From: a virus
Reading direction: 5' to 3' (one strand)
DNA: 64,000 nt
IMG/VR virus record: IMGVR_UViG_3300020190_000008
Position 1 is the first letter of the stretch, and every line of letters begins with the position of its first letter. Shown one piece after another: positions 41,617-51,248 of this stretch. A program made the translations under genes and the position numbers. The notes under the pieces were generated by a model. It saw nothing but the letters and a program-made list of their open reading frames with translations. It was not told where the DNA came from and made no database searches.

Positions 41617-41949
41617 ATGAAAAAAGTAATAAGATTAACAGATTCAGATTTTGCTCGTATTGTCAGACGAGTTATAAATGAAGAAGAAATGAACTTAAGT
41701 TCTGTTGGTAAACTTGGAGAAATTGAGGGTGTTTCAGATATTCCGGAATGTAGTACAAATAGTGAAACTTTTAATTCTGCGGCTTGTTTATCTTCAGCTA
41801 TGGATAAACTACCGTTTAACACTTTTGTTAAAGAGTTTTTTCCAACATTCCAAGAAATTGCAGATGTAACTAAAACACCACTTCAGACAACATCAATGAA
41901 TTTACCAAATGTTACGGAAAGTAGAAGAAAAAAATATAGAGGATATTAA
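41617..41949 (+). CDS. Hypothetical protein with MKKVIRLTDSDFARIVRRVINE leader
   Basis: 110-aa ORF with its own TATTTAT motif and terminator. Confidence 0.75.
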   Translation: MKKVIRLTDSDFARIVRRVINEEEMNLSSVGKLGEIEGVSDIPECSTNSETFNSAACLSSAMDKLPFNTFVKEFFPTFQEIADVTKTPLQTTSMNLPNVTESRRKKYRGY

Positions 41950-41967
41950 TCATTTATTAATTCACAT

Positions 41968-41994
41968 AACCCCACCTTAAAAGTGGGGTTTTTT
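41968..41994 (+). terminator. Intrinsic terminator
   Basis: AACCCCAC-n7-GTGGGGTT-TTTT. Confidence 0.8.
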
Positions 41995-42017
41995 GTTTTA
42001 AATTATATTTATATCAT

Positions 42018-44111
42018 ATGCGAATAAAAGTAAAGCACCATAAATGTGATATGTCTCAAAAAGATAGGGACTTGGCTAATGACTTTATAAAGTTTTTACA
42101 AAAAAAATATCCATTAAAAGAAGATATTACAATTATTTTTACCGGTGAAAGATTTGGTACTATGACATCTGGAAGTAGAACACAAGATTCTGAATTAAAA
42201 ATATTAACTAAAGGAAGGATGAATAGAGATATTTTCAGAACTTTGGCACACGAATGGGTACACGAATGGCAAATTAATATAAAGGGTAAAAAACCAAAAC
42301 AAGACATTGGTGGCCCACTGGAAGATGAAGCAAATGCTGAAGCTGGTTCTTTGTTAAAAAAATTTGAAAAAAATTTTCCAGATAAAGAAGAAATGATGTA
42401 TGAAGGTATAAATAAAAAGATAAATCTTTTAAAAGAAAGTATTTTAATAACAGAAAAACAAACTATTAGAGAAGAATTTATTTTGGAAATGAAAAAAATT
42501 GGTATTGAAAAATTACCGTACTCATATTCCGCTTTAAAACAATTTGTTGATCCAGAAACTATGGACATACATTATAACAAACATTATAAAGGGTATGTTA
42601 AAAAATTAAACGACGCTCTTTCTAAAAAGAACTATAAAGATGTTGATTTAGAAGATATTATAAAATCAATAAGTAAGTACGATACAAAGGTTAGAAATAA
42701 TGCTGGTGGCGCATTTAATCACGCATTATTTTGGAAAATGTTATCACCAAAAAAACAAATACCAAAAGGTGAAATTTTTGAAAAAATTACCAAACAATAT
42801 GGTAATATCAAAAAGATGAAAGATGAGTTTAATGATGTTGCAAAAGAAAGATTTGGTTCTGGTTGGGTTTGGCTTGTTTTAACAAAAACAAATAGGTTAA
42901 AAATTATGTCAACACCAAATCAAGATAACCCACTTATGAATATTATTAAAGACGGTGGATATCCATTACTAGGTCTTGATGTTTGGGAGCACGCTTATTA
43001 TTTAAGATATAGAAATAAAAGAGACAAATATATTAAAAAATTCTGGAATCATATAAATTGGGAATTTGTTAATGAACTTTATGTTGGTAAATCTAAGAAA
43101 AAATTAAACGAAACTTATTTAAGAATTCTATTGGAAAGTGAAGAATTTGAGCCGGATGTTAAAAAAGCTATGAATAGAGAATTACAAAAAATTAGATTAA
43201 TACCTTTGGATGCTGAAGCTGCTGAAGTTGCAATAAATAATATTATAACAACTGAAATTGATGAACGTGGTTTAAAATTTAATAGAACAATCGAAGGTCT
43301 TATGAATTTAGATTTATCTGAAACTTCAGAAAGAACAAGATTTAGATTTAATAACTATTATCAAAGATTTATTAGAAGTAGGTCAAGAGGTTTAGATTTT
43401 GAAGCTTTAGTTTCTGGTTTACTTGGTGGTCAAATTTCATCTGGGTTAAACACCCCTTATGATTTAATAACACCAGATGGGTTAAAAATTTCTTGTAAGA
43501 TTGTAAGAAACACAAGTGAATCACCCGTTTTGAAAGGAATCAAAGCATCACTTTCTGATTATATTAATTCATATACCGGTAGTGAAGAAAATAAAAAATA
43601 TTTACAATCAATTGAAGGTGAATCTAATTTTATTGCACATTTAATTAATAGTCGAAACCAAGATATTATTAATGTTGCTGAAGATTTAATAGGTTATTTA
43701 TTAAGTGATATTGATGGTATGTTATTAGGTGTTCCAAAAGACAATTATGAAATATCATTATATTATTATGATAAGAATGCTCTTAAAAACATTCTTAAAT
43801 TACCTGGTATGACCACAGCTCCAAAGTCTAAAAATTCACAACAAATTAGATTTTCAACAAAGATATTAAAATTAATAGGTTCTGAAGTATCACCGCAAAG
43901 AGGTGTAATTAAGTTTCCAGAAATATCAACACAGGAATATTCAGAATTTTTATTGGGTGATGAAAAAACAAAAGAAGTTTTAGATATATTCAATAGTTTA
44001 GGTCAAAGATATGGTGTTGGTAAATTAGGTGATAATATTCCACAAGACATTATTAGGAACCTTTCAAGAAATGAAAGATTTAAGTTTGACATCAGAAGGA
44101 TACTAAAATAA
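42018..44111 (+). CDS. Three-domain fusion: HEXXH metallopeptidase-like, Fe/Mn superoxide dismutase, PD-(D/E)XK-like domain
   Basis: LAHEWVH; LPYSYSAL..HYNKH..NNAGGAFNH..FGSGW..NQD..DVWEHAYY; FE...PYDL...ISCK. The SOD call is strong; the flanking domain calls are weaker. Confidence 0.8.
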   Translation: MRIKVKHHKCDMSQKDRDLANDFIKFLQKKYPLKEDITIIFTGERFGTMTSGSRTQDSELKILTKGRMNRDIFRTLAHEWVHEWQINIKGKKPKQDIGGPLEDEANAEAGSLLKKFEKNFPDKEEMMYEGINKKINLLKESILITEKQTIREEFILEMKKIGIEKLPYSYSALKQFVDPETMDIHYNKHYKGYVKKLNDALSKKNYKDVDLEDIIKSISKYDTKVRNNAGGAFNHALFWKMLSPKKQIPKGEIFEKITKQYGNIKKMKDEFNDVAKERFGSGWVWLVLTKTNRLKIMSTPNQDNPLMNIIKDGGYPLLGLDVWEHAYYLRYRNKRDKYIKKFWNHINWEFVNELYVGKSKKKLNETYLRILLESEEFEPDVKKAMNRELQKIRLIPLDAEAAEVAINNIITTEIDERGLKFNRTIEGLMNLDLSETSERTRFRFNNYYQRFIRSRSRGLDFEALVSGLLGGQISSGLNTPYDLITPDGLKISCKIVRNTSESPVLKGIKASLSDYINSYTGSEENKKYLQSIEGESNFIAHLINSRNQDIINVAEDLIGYLLSDIDGMLLGVPKDNYEISLYYYDKNALKNILKLPGMTTAPKSKNSQQIRFSTKILKLIGSEVSPQRGVIKFPEISTQEYSEFLLGDEKTKEVLDIFNSLGQRYGVGKLGDNIPQDIIRNLSRNERFKFDIRRILK

Positions 44112-44121
44112 TTTATTGTGA

Positions 44122-44129
44122 TATTTATA
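44122..44129 (+). promoter_or_regulatory. TATTTATA upstream motif (example, plus strand)
   Basis: 13 nt upstream of the neck gene ATG. Confidence 0.55.
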
Positions 44130-44141
44130 TAAAAAATCACA

Positions 44142-45272
44142 ATGGCAATTATTGACGAACCAGAAAGAAGTAAGTTATATACCAAAGTAAGACATTTACT
44201 TGGTGCTCCATTAAGAAGTGTCGAATTGGAAGATGAACAAATGGACACTTTACTTGAATTTTCAATTGATGAATATTCACAATATGTTCAGGATTGGTTA
44301 ATTGAGTCTCAATGGACAGCACTTTATAATCTCAATTTGGATACTCAATCATTGGCAAAAGCTTTCACAACAAGAAGTTTGGACTATGAAACAAGATACA
44401 CATATGCCTATTCGAAAATTGTTGGACTTCAAGCTGGTGGTGAATGGGAATTGAAGAAAGACTACATACAGTTGGTACCAGAACAACAAATCTATGAAAT
44501 ACCAACAAATAGAGAAATAAACGAACTACTTTGGTTCACACCAGCAACGCTAAATAATACTATGTTTGATCCTTGGTCTTTCGGAGCCCTAGGTTTAGGT
44601 GGTGGTTTAGGTGGTGGAGGTGGTCTTGCACAAATGGGTAGTATGGGTGGTAGTTATTTTATGATGCCTGCTTTTGATATGTTATTAAGAATGCAAGAAA
44701 TTAATATACAAAGAAGAATTATAGTTGGGGATTTAACATACAGAATTACCGCATTACCAGACGGTAAAAAAGCAATTCATTTATTAAATACACCTGGTGG
44801 TAAATTTGACTGGGGTAATGCTAGTTTAACAAAAGGTAGAGTTTGGTATTGGTATTATGATGTTGGTCCTGGTGAAAGGGATAAATGTTTAGCAAATAAT
44901 CCAGATATAATAAAATTACCATCTGATGTTCCATTTGATAAAATGAGTTGGTTTGATTTAAATAATCCAGCACAAGTTTGGGTTAGAAGATGGTTTATTG
45001 CATATTGTAAAGAAACACTATCAAGAGTTCGTGGTAAGTTTAGTGGTAATTTAAAAACTGGCGAAGGTGGTGATTTAACTTTGGATTATACATCACTGGC
45101 GACCGAAGCCAAAGATGAAAAAACAAAACTTATTGACGAACTTATAGGTGCTGAAGGAAGACTTACTCGTTTAAAACCAGAAAAGGTTATGGAACGTGAA
45201 GCATTACTTGCAGAAAACTTAAATAAACAGCTCAAGTTTAGAGCTATGCCAAGACAAATTTATGTAATATGA
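44142..45272 (+). CDS. Neck protein (T4 gp13-like head-tail adaptor)
   Basis: LLGAPLRSVELEDEQ; WVRRWFIAYCKETLSRVRGKF; LDY..L..EAK.EK..L. Confidence 0.85.
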   Translation: MAIIDEPERSKLYTKVRHLLGAPLRSVELEDEQMDTLLEFSIDEYSQYVQDWLIESQWTALYNLNLDTQSLAKAFTTRSLDYETRYTYAYSKIVGLQAGGEWELKKDYIQLVPEQQIYEIPTNREINELLWFTPATLNNTMFDPWSFGALGLGGGLGGGGGLAQMGSMGGSYFMMPAFDMLLRMQEINIQRRIIVGDLTYRITALPDGKKAIHLLNTPGGKFDWGNASLTKGRVWYWYYDVGPGERDKCLANNPDIIKLPSDVPFDKMSWFDLNNPAQVWVRRWFIAYCKETLSRVRGKFSGNLKTGEGGDLTLDYTSLATEAKDEKTKLIDELIGAEGRLTRLKPEKVMEREALLAENLNKQLKFRAMPRQIYVI

Positions 45273-45640
45273 TAAAAGTAGAAAACATAACACCAAGAAA
45301 AAATGTTGTAAAATATCAAACACATTCTTTTGTTGAACCACAAGTTGTTATTGACAAACCAAAAGAAGTTTATAAAATAATTTCAGATTCTACTTATACA
45401 ACAAATGATGAAACATTTTTAATTGTAAAAGATGTTGAAAACTCGGAAGTCTTACTCAATTCTGAAATTACAACAAAAATTACAATAAAGTCACTAACAA
45501 ATGTTTTAGTTAAATCAGATGTAGGTTCTATTGATGAAGAATGGGACGAACTACTTTTAGAAAAAGGAGCTTGTGTTCAGTTTCAATTTGTAGAAGGGAA
45601 CTGGTATGTTATTGCTAGTGATGGACTAAAGATGGGTTAG
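45269..45640 (+). CDS. Hypothetical beta-rich protein (possibly structural)
   Basis: 123-aa ORF with a 4-nt overlap with the neck gene. Confidence 0.65.
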   Translation: MIKVENITPRKNVVKYQTHSFVEPQVVIDKPKEVYKIISDSTYTTNDETFLIVKDVENSEVLLNSEITTKITIKSLTNVLVKSDVGSIDEEWDELLLEKGACVQFQFVEGNWYVIASDGLKMG

Positions 45641-48570
45641 ATATAAACTTCCCACCCATCTTCAGCCAATTCATAAATATATTCTGGATTAATACCAACA
45701 TTTTTCCAAAAAACAACTTCACCTTGTTCCATATCGATGAGGTCTTTTTGTATGTCGTCTTGATCTTTTTCTTCAAAAGGAACTCCGTTTATTAATTCAC
45801 ATTGGTTTTTTGTAAAGAAAGGTCTTTCTTCTGGATTCTTAACTAAAAGTCCGTCTCTTACTTCTTCTTTGAAAACAACAAGTAATGGTTCCACTCTTTT
45901 ATTAAATGTTGCAATTGCTCTTTGTATGTTATATTCACCAGTTAACCCTGGATTACTTTCTAATTCTTGGGGGTCAATTCGATAACAATTAAGTTGTATA
46001 ACTGAGTCTGTGGTTGTTAACTTATACGCTAAGTCAGTTGGGATACCCGTATTAGCTTCTTTATTTTTAGCATCACTTCGTACCCAGTTATCGTCAGACC
46101 AAGATTGTTCCCAACCATTGTTTTTTAAAAAATTTTCTTTTTGTTTGAAATCAACTTTAGATGTTTTACTATCTGAGAAAAACAAATCAATTTGTTCTTT
46201 AGTCCATCCTTTTTTAGGTTGGTTAACTTTCTGAACATCACCGTGTGAAGCTTTTGTTCCATTGTTTACATAATATATAACATCACCAAGATTAACATTA
46301 AGACCTTCTCTTATTGCAAGTTCCATATGAGCTTGTCTTGACATTTCAGCACCAGCTTTTGTTTTAGTTTTACTTCTTTTTATATAATCATTAATAGATT
46401 GTTTAATTTTTGCCTTGTTTGCAATATCCATAAGTGGAATCTTTTGGTCAAATATTCTTTCTAGATATTCGTAGTACCACTCAACAAATGATTGTCCGTC
46501 ACCATTAAGTAATAATTTAACACCTTTATCTAAAAACAATTCAATATACTTTGGCATCTTTTTAGATTTAATTGTATTACCTGTAAGTTTTACTTTTCCA
46601 TTAATTTCTAATGTTGCGTAGTTTTTACGAGCAAGGTTAATACAAGAATTCCAAGTACCGTCACAATCAAGTCCCATTGTACCACGCATGAACCGGTCGT
46701 TAAATTCGGCCACATCGGCATCATATCCGATATATTCCTTTCCTTCTTTAACTAACCAGTTTAATCCACGACCAATGTATTTTTTATCTTCCAAACCTTC
46801 ATCTGGTAAAGAAAAGTTCATACCATCTGTATCACATACTAGTGGTGTGTACCCTCGTTTCATAAAGAATTTTAACATCTGTCTTAAATACTGACGACCA
46901 GTACAAGTAATCTGTTCTCCTTTATCCATATCACCCCATGGAAATACTTGTGGGGCTGAAAGAGCACCAAATAAAGAGTTGATAAAAATCTTAATTGGTA
47001 ACTGTTTTGTGTCAAATGATTTTGCTTTTTTCTTATCAATTGATTTATATTCAGATGCCAAATTTTTATACATAATACGGGTATCCCTAAAGTAAGATAA
47101 TAAACCTTTCATTACACCAGTAATATCTGATTCCGGAAAAACATCGTGCGTTAATTGAATAGATGGATAAAGGGAAGAGTAGTCAAGCTTTAATACATCT
47201 TTTGAATATCCAGTTTTAAGTAATCGTGATAATCCACCAACAAAATTTCTTTTCTCTTTTTTTGCTGGGATTGCAAGTCCATTCTTATAGGACCAGGCAA
47301 GCATTACAAGTTTCCAGATTGTTGCTGTTCCCATTGTTGAAACCCTTTCATATGTTGTTGGAAGAAGAGATGCAAGAAGAAATGACCCTTGGTTGAACTC
47401 TTCATCAACAAGTAGGGTTTCTTCCAAGTCATCGTCAAGGTAACGCTCTACAATATCATCACCAGTTGTTTGAATATAAATGTCAGTTCTTCTTGAACAT
47501 ACTTCATCTATTTTTTCATCAACACCAACCTTTTTATATTTACCGTTTTCAATATTTAACCAATACAAGTTTTTTTCTTTGTATAAGGAACCAATCTTAT
47601 CGTGGTCAATATAAACACGGTCACTAGCTTCAGCATCAATAAATTTTGTGATGTATTTAAGACCAGCTTCCTTAATTGATGAATTGATTGCTTGTGCTCT
47701 ACGAACTGAATGGATAATATCAATAATGTTATAACCCCACATTTGAGTTTGGGTAAAACTTTCAACTTCGTTTCCTAACTTTAATATTGATTCTTTTTGT
47801 GTGATAGATCTTTCACCGTGAAGTGACTTTGCAACTTTTTTAATATCAAGATTTAACATTTTACATCTTTCATAAATCCAATACCAGTCAAAGTTTGCTG
47901 AGTTGTATCCGGAAATAATTGAAGGTTTTATCTCGTCAATAATTTTAAAGAACTCAACAATACCTTTTCTTTCTTCATCTTCATTTGAACACTCAATTAC
48001 TTTTTTATGACCTTTATTTGTTTTAATTCCAATCATAAAAATTTGACCATCCTTTGGTTCCAAAGAGGTCGTCTCAAGGTCAAATACAAGTCTTGTGATA
48101 TCGTTGTAATCTTCAAATCCCTTAAATAATCTTTTTTCTTTTGAAATAAGGAATTGTTCTGTTGGTGTTAACATTAAGAACTTATCTTTTACTTTTTCAC
48201 CCCAAGGATCAATTCCACCATCTCTAAAAAATTGTGTAAGAGCTCTATATCCCTTTAGTGATTTGACTAAGAAAGTGAGACCTTTTTCTAATTGTTCATT
48301 ACCATCTGTTCTCAATTTTTCTATGATAATTCCATACTTGGTCATAGCTTCTTTTTGTAATGCTTTGGAACCTTGATAAAAATTAAGACCTTTTAAATCG
48401 CCAACCCAAGCAAATGCAATTAAACTATCTCTAGCAATTGATTTTCCTTTTCCTGGTACTTCTTTGATTTTATAAATGTGGTCTTTTTGATAGTCAAACT
48501 CAATTGCCACAATGTGTTCTTCTGTGTCGTTTCCTTCTAGAAACGATTTAATTTCTTCTGCTGTAATCAT
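45637..48570 (-). CDS. Family B DNA polymerase with 3'-5' exonuclease
   Basis: FDLETT, GYNSANFD, YLDDD, LDYSSLYPS, KIFINSLFG, CDTDG, KNYA. Start likely MITAEE at 48570. Confidence 0.93.
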   Translation of the reverse strand: MITAEEIKSFLEGNDTEEHIVAIEFDYQKDHIYKIKEVPGKGKSIARDSLIAFAWVGDLKGLNFYQGSKALQKEAMTKYGIIIEKLRTDGNEQLEKGLTFLVKSLKGYRALTQFFRDGGIDPWGEKVKDKFLMLTPTEQFLISKEKRLFKGFEDYNDITRLVFDLETTSLEPKDGQIFMIGIKTNKGHKKVIECSNEDEERKGIVEFFKIIDEIKPSIISGYNSANFDWYWIYERCKMLNLDIKKVAKSLHGERSITQKESILKLGNEVESFTQTQMWGYNIIDIIHSVRRAQAINSSIKEAGLKYITKFIDAEASDRVYIDHDKIGSLYKEKNLYWLNIENGKYKKVGVDEKIDEVCSRRTDIYIQTTGDDIVERYLDDDLEETLLVDEEFNQGSFLLASLLPTTYERVSTMGTATIWKLVMLAWSYKNGLAIPAKKEKRNFVGGLSRLLKTGYSKDVLKLDYSSLYPSIQLTHDVFPESDITGVMKGLLSYFRDTRIMYKNLASEYKSIDKKKAKSFDTKQLPIKIFINSLFGALSAPQVFPWGDMDKGEQITCTGRQYLRQMLKFFMKRGYTPLVCDTDGMNFSLPDEGLEDKKYIGRGLNWLVKEGKEYIGYDADVAEFNDRFMRGTMGLDCDGTWNSCINLARKNYATLEINGKVKLTGNTIKSKKMPKYIELFLDKGVKLLLNGDGQSFVEWYYEYLERIFDQKIPLMDIANKAKIKQSINDYIKRSKTKTKAGAEMSRQAHMELAIREGLNVNLGDVIYYVNNGTKASHGDVQKVNQPKKGWTKEQIDLFFSDSKTSKVDFKQKENFLKNNGWEQSWSDDNWVRSDAKNKEANTGIPTDLAYKLTTTDSVIQLNCYRIDPQELESNPGLTGEYNIQRAIATFNKRVEPLLVVFKEEVRDGLLVKNPEERPFFTKNQCELINGVPFEEKDQDDIQKDLIDMEQGEVVFWKNVGINPEYIYELAEDGWEVYI

Positions 48571-48632
48571 TATATATTTTTTTGAGTGGTTTATTTGCTG
48601 TCGTATCAAACGACATTTACCTTACCTCAATA

Positions 48633-48661
48633 AATATATTTAAATTGTCTAATAATGTCAA
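48633..48661 (-). promoter_or_regulatory. Sigma70-like promoter of the polymerase gene
   Basis: TTGACA-17 bp-TATATT. Confidence 0.7.
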
Positions 48662-48663
48662 AT

Positions 48664-48697
48664 AAAAAACCCCAACCTAAGTTTAAAGTTGGGGGTA
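48664..48697 (-). terminator. Intrinsic terminator after fibre genes
   Basis: CCCCAAC...GTTGGGG stem followed by a T run on the minus strand. Confidence 0.7.
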
Positions 48698-48703
48698 ATT
48701 TTT

Positions 48704-48901
48704 TCAATTCAATAACAAAGCGTGTAATTCTTGTTCCGCCCAAGTTTCTTTAAACTCGACTTCTTTTAGAATTGGACCGTTTTCAGTTCTAAATCTAATT
48801 CCTCTTGGTACTTGTCTAATTGCAATTACCTTGTGTTCACCAATTGTGATTGGTTCTTCATACTTAAATAATAATTTAATTTCCTTTTTTGTTTTTTTTA
48901 T
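48704..48901 (-). CDS. Small ORF with no ATG start (possible ATA start, or start-lost pseudogene)
   Basis: (I)KKTKKEIKLLFKYEEPITIGEHKVIAIRQVPRGIRFRTENGPILKEVEFKETWAEQELHALLLN* fills the gap between fibre stop and terminator. Confidence 0.5.
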   Translation of the reverse strand: MKKTKKEIKLLFKYEEPITIGEHKVIAIRQVPRGIRFRTENGPILKEVEFKETWAEQELHALLLN

Positions 48902-48910
48902 TTTTATTTA

Positions 48911-51202
48911 TTAAAGTCTTACAGCTCCTATTGAATCAGTACCTTGGTTATAATAAAAATAAGTGTTGCCTGCTACCGCACCTGCTGCTATTGTTATTGC
49001 AGCACTTGCTGCTGCATGATTCAAATAAGATGGTAATTCTGTATTAGCAACTATAAATGCAGGACTAAAACCATTACCATTACCTGCGTTAATACCTAAA
49101 GAAATTACATTATTTCCCGAGTTACTAGAGGCTGAACCTGTTCCCAATGCCGTTACATCATTTCCTATGTTGCAAAATGCTGAACCTTGTCCCAATGCGG
49201 TTACATTATTTCCCGTGTTGAAATATGCTGAATAATTTCCCAATGCTGTTACAGTACTTCCTGAGTTCCTAAAGGCTGAACTACAACCCAATACGGTTAC
49301 ATCATTTCCTGAGTTTGAATACGCTGAATTTGTTCCCAATGCTGTTATGTAACTTCCCGAGTTACTAGAGGCTGAACTTCTTCCCAATGCGGTTACATAA
49401 CTTCCTATGTTGGATTCTGCTGAATTTGGTCCCAATGCCGTTACATCATTTCCTATGTTGCAAAATGCTGAATTTATTCCCAATGCGGTTACAGTAGTTC
49501 CTAAGTTCCTAAAGGCTGAATTACAACCCAATGCGGTTACATCATCTCCTGAGTTCCTAGAGGCTGAACCTTGTCCCAATGCGGTTATACAATTTCCTAT
49601 GTTGCAACTAGCCGATTGGGTCCCCAATGCGGTTACATTATTTCCTGTGTTGTAACACGTCGATTGAATCCCCAATGCGGTTACGTAACTTCCCGAGTTA
49701 CTAGAGGCTGAACCTGTTCCCAATGCGGTAACAGTACTTCCTGAGTTCCTAAAGGCTGAATCTGGTCCCAATGCCGTTACATCATTTCCTAAGTTACAAT
49801 ATGCTGAATTTATTCCCAATGCGGTTACATTATTTCCTATGTTGCAAAAAACTGAACATGTTCCCAATGCTGTTACAGTACTTCCTGAGTTCCTAAAGGC
49901 TGAATTACAACCCAATACGGTTACATCATTTCCTAAGTTACAATATGCTGAATTTATTCCCAATGCGGTTACCCTATTTCCTCTGTTGCAAAAAGCTGAA
50001 TAATTTCCAGATGCGGTCACAGTAGTTCCTAAGTTCCTAAAGGCTGAACAATTACCCAATGCGGTTACATCATTTCCTGTGTTACAATACGCTGAACTTG
50101 TTCCCAATACTGTTATAGTACTTCCTGAGTTCATAAAGGCTGAACTTCTTCCCAATGCTGTTACATTATTTCCTGTGTTGGAATATGCTGAATAATTTCC
50201 CGATGCGGTTACATTATTTCCTGTGTTACAATACGCTGAATTTATTCCCGATGCGGTTACACCATTTCCTGTGTTACAATACGCTGAATTTGTTCCCAAT
50301 GCAGTTACAGTAGTTCCTGAGTTCCTAAAGGCTGAACGATAACCCGATGCGGTTACATTATATCCTATATTGCAAAGAGCCGATAGAGTTCCCACCGCGG
50401 TGAGATTATTTCCTGTGTTGCAAAGGGCTGACTGTATTCCCAATGCGGTTACACAAGCTCCTTTGTTACAAAAAGCCGAATCTCCACCCAATGCGGTTAC
50501 ACTATCTCCGATGTTGTAATAGGCTGAACGATAACCCGTTGCGGTTACATTATATCCTGTGTTGAAATATGCTGAATAATTTCCCAATGCGGTCAAAGTA
50601 TTTCCTGTATTAAAAAAAGCTGATTGATAACCCGATGCTGTTACATCATCTCCTTTGTTGTATCTTGCTGAATTTGTTCCCAATGCAATCACCCTAACTC
50701 CTGTGTTATAATAGGCTGAATCTGTTCCAAGTGCAATTACATTTATTCCTGAATTTCCAAATCCTGCGTTTGTTCCTTGAAAATTGTTTCCATCTATAAG
50801 GTCGTGATTGAAATCTAATACTTGTTGTAGTGTTGGTGTTCCACCAGTTGTAAATCCTGTAATACCAAATGACGTTCCGTTATTATCTTCTAATGTTAGT
50901 GTACCAGTTGTATTATCATATGTTCCTCCAGTAACAAAAAAATCTGTACCACCTGTATATAGTCCACTAATTGATACAGAACCATTTTGTCTATCAAGTG
51001 TGATTGTACCATTAGAATATGTTCCTCCAGTAATAAAATTATCTGAAAAACCACTCAATATATAGTTTTTGAATTGACTAATTGGTGTGTGTTTTGTTTC
51101 ACCAGTTACACTAACCAAGTAATTTACAATTGGAATAATGTCGCTCGTTGTATAACCTGAATTACCTAAGTATGGTAATTCCGAAATTCTTTTATCTGCC
51201 AT
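48911..51202 (-). CDS. Fibre/adhesin-like protein with 35 x 16-aa beta-solenoid repeats
   Basis: MADKRISELP N-terminus; two TGGTY shaft repeats; then (NxGxxVTALGxxSAxx)35. Confidence 0.8.
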   Translation of the reverse strand: MADKRISELPYLGNSGYTTSDIIPIVNYLVSVTGETKHTPISQFKNYILSGFSDNFITGGTYSNGTITLDRQNGSVSISGLYTGGTDFFVTGGTYDNTTGTLTLEDNNGTSFGITGFTTGGTPTLQQVLDFNHDLIDGNNFQGTNAGFGNSGINVIALGTDSAYYNTGVRVIALGTNSARYNKGDDVTASGYQSAFFNTGNTLTALGNYSAYFNTGYNVTATGYRSAYYNIGDSVTALGGDSAFCNKGACVTALGIQSALCNTGNNLTAVGTLSALCNIGYNVTASGYRSAFRNSGTTVTALGTNSAYCNTGNGVTASGINSAYCNTGNNVTASGNYSAYSNTGNNVTALGRSSAFMNSGSTITVLGTSSAYCNTGNDVTALGNCSAFRNLGTTVTASGNYSAFCNRGNRVTALGINSAYCNLGNDVTVLGCNSAFRNSGSTVTALGTCSVFCNIGNNVTALGINSAYCNLGNDVTALGPDSAFRNSGSTVTALGTGSASSNSGSYVTALGIQSTCYNTGNNVTALGTQSASCNIGNCITALGQGSASRNSGDDVTALGCNSAFRNLGTTVTALGINSAFCNIGNDVTALGPNSAESNIGSYVTALGRSSASSNSGSYITALGTNSAYSNSGNDVTVLGCSSAFRNSGSTVTALGNYSAYFNTGNNVTALGQGSAFCNIGNDVTALGTGSASSNSGNNVISLGINAGNGNGFSPAFIVANTELPSYLNHAAASAAITIAAGAVAGNTYFYYNQGTDSIGAVRL
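49076..50755 (-). repeat. 48-nt coding tandem repeat, about 35 copies
   Basis: cccaatgc core recurs every 48 nt (e.g. 49143, 49191); copies counted in the translation. Confidence 0.9.
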
Positions 51203-51248
51203 TTTTTTTTATTTTATAAATAGTTTTATTTTTATAAATTCTTTACTT

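Noticed and set aside
49076-50755. Possible CRISPR array or DGR in the 48-nt repeats
   Set aside because: Repeats are in-frame, degenerate and coding, with no unique spacers; no cas or reverse transcriptase gene in the window
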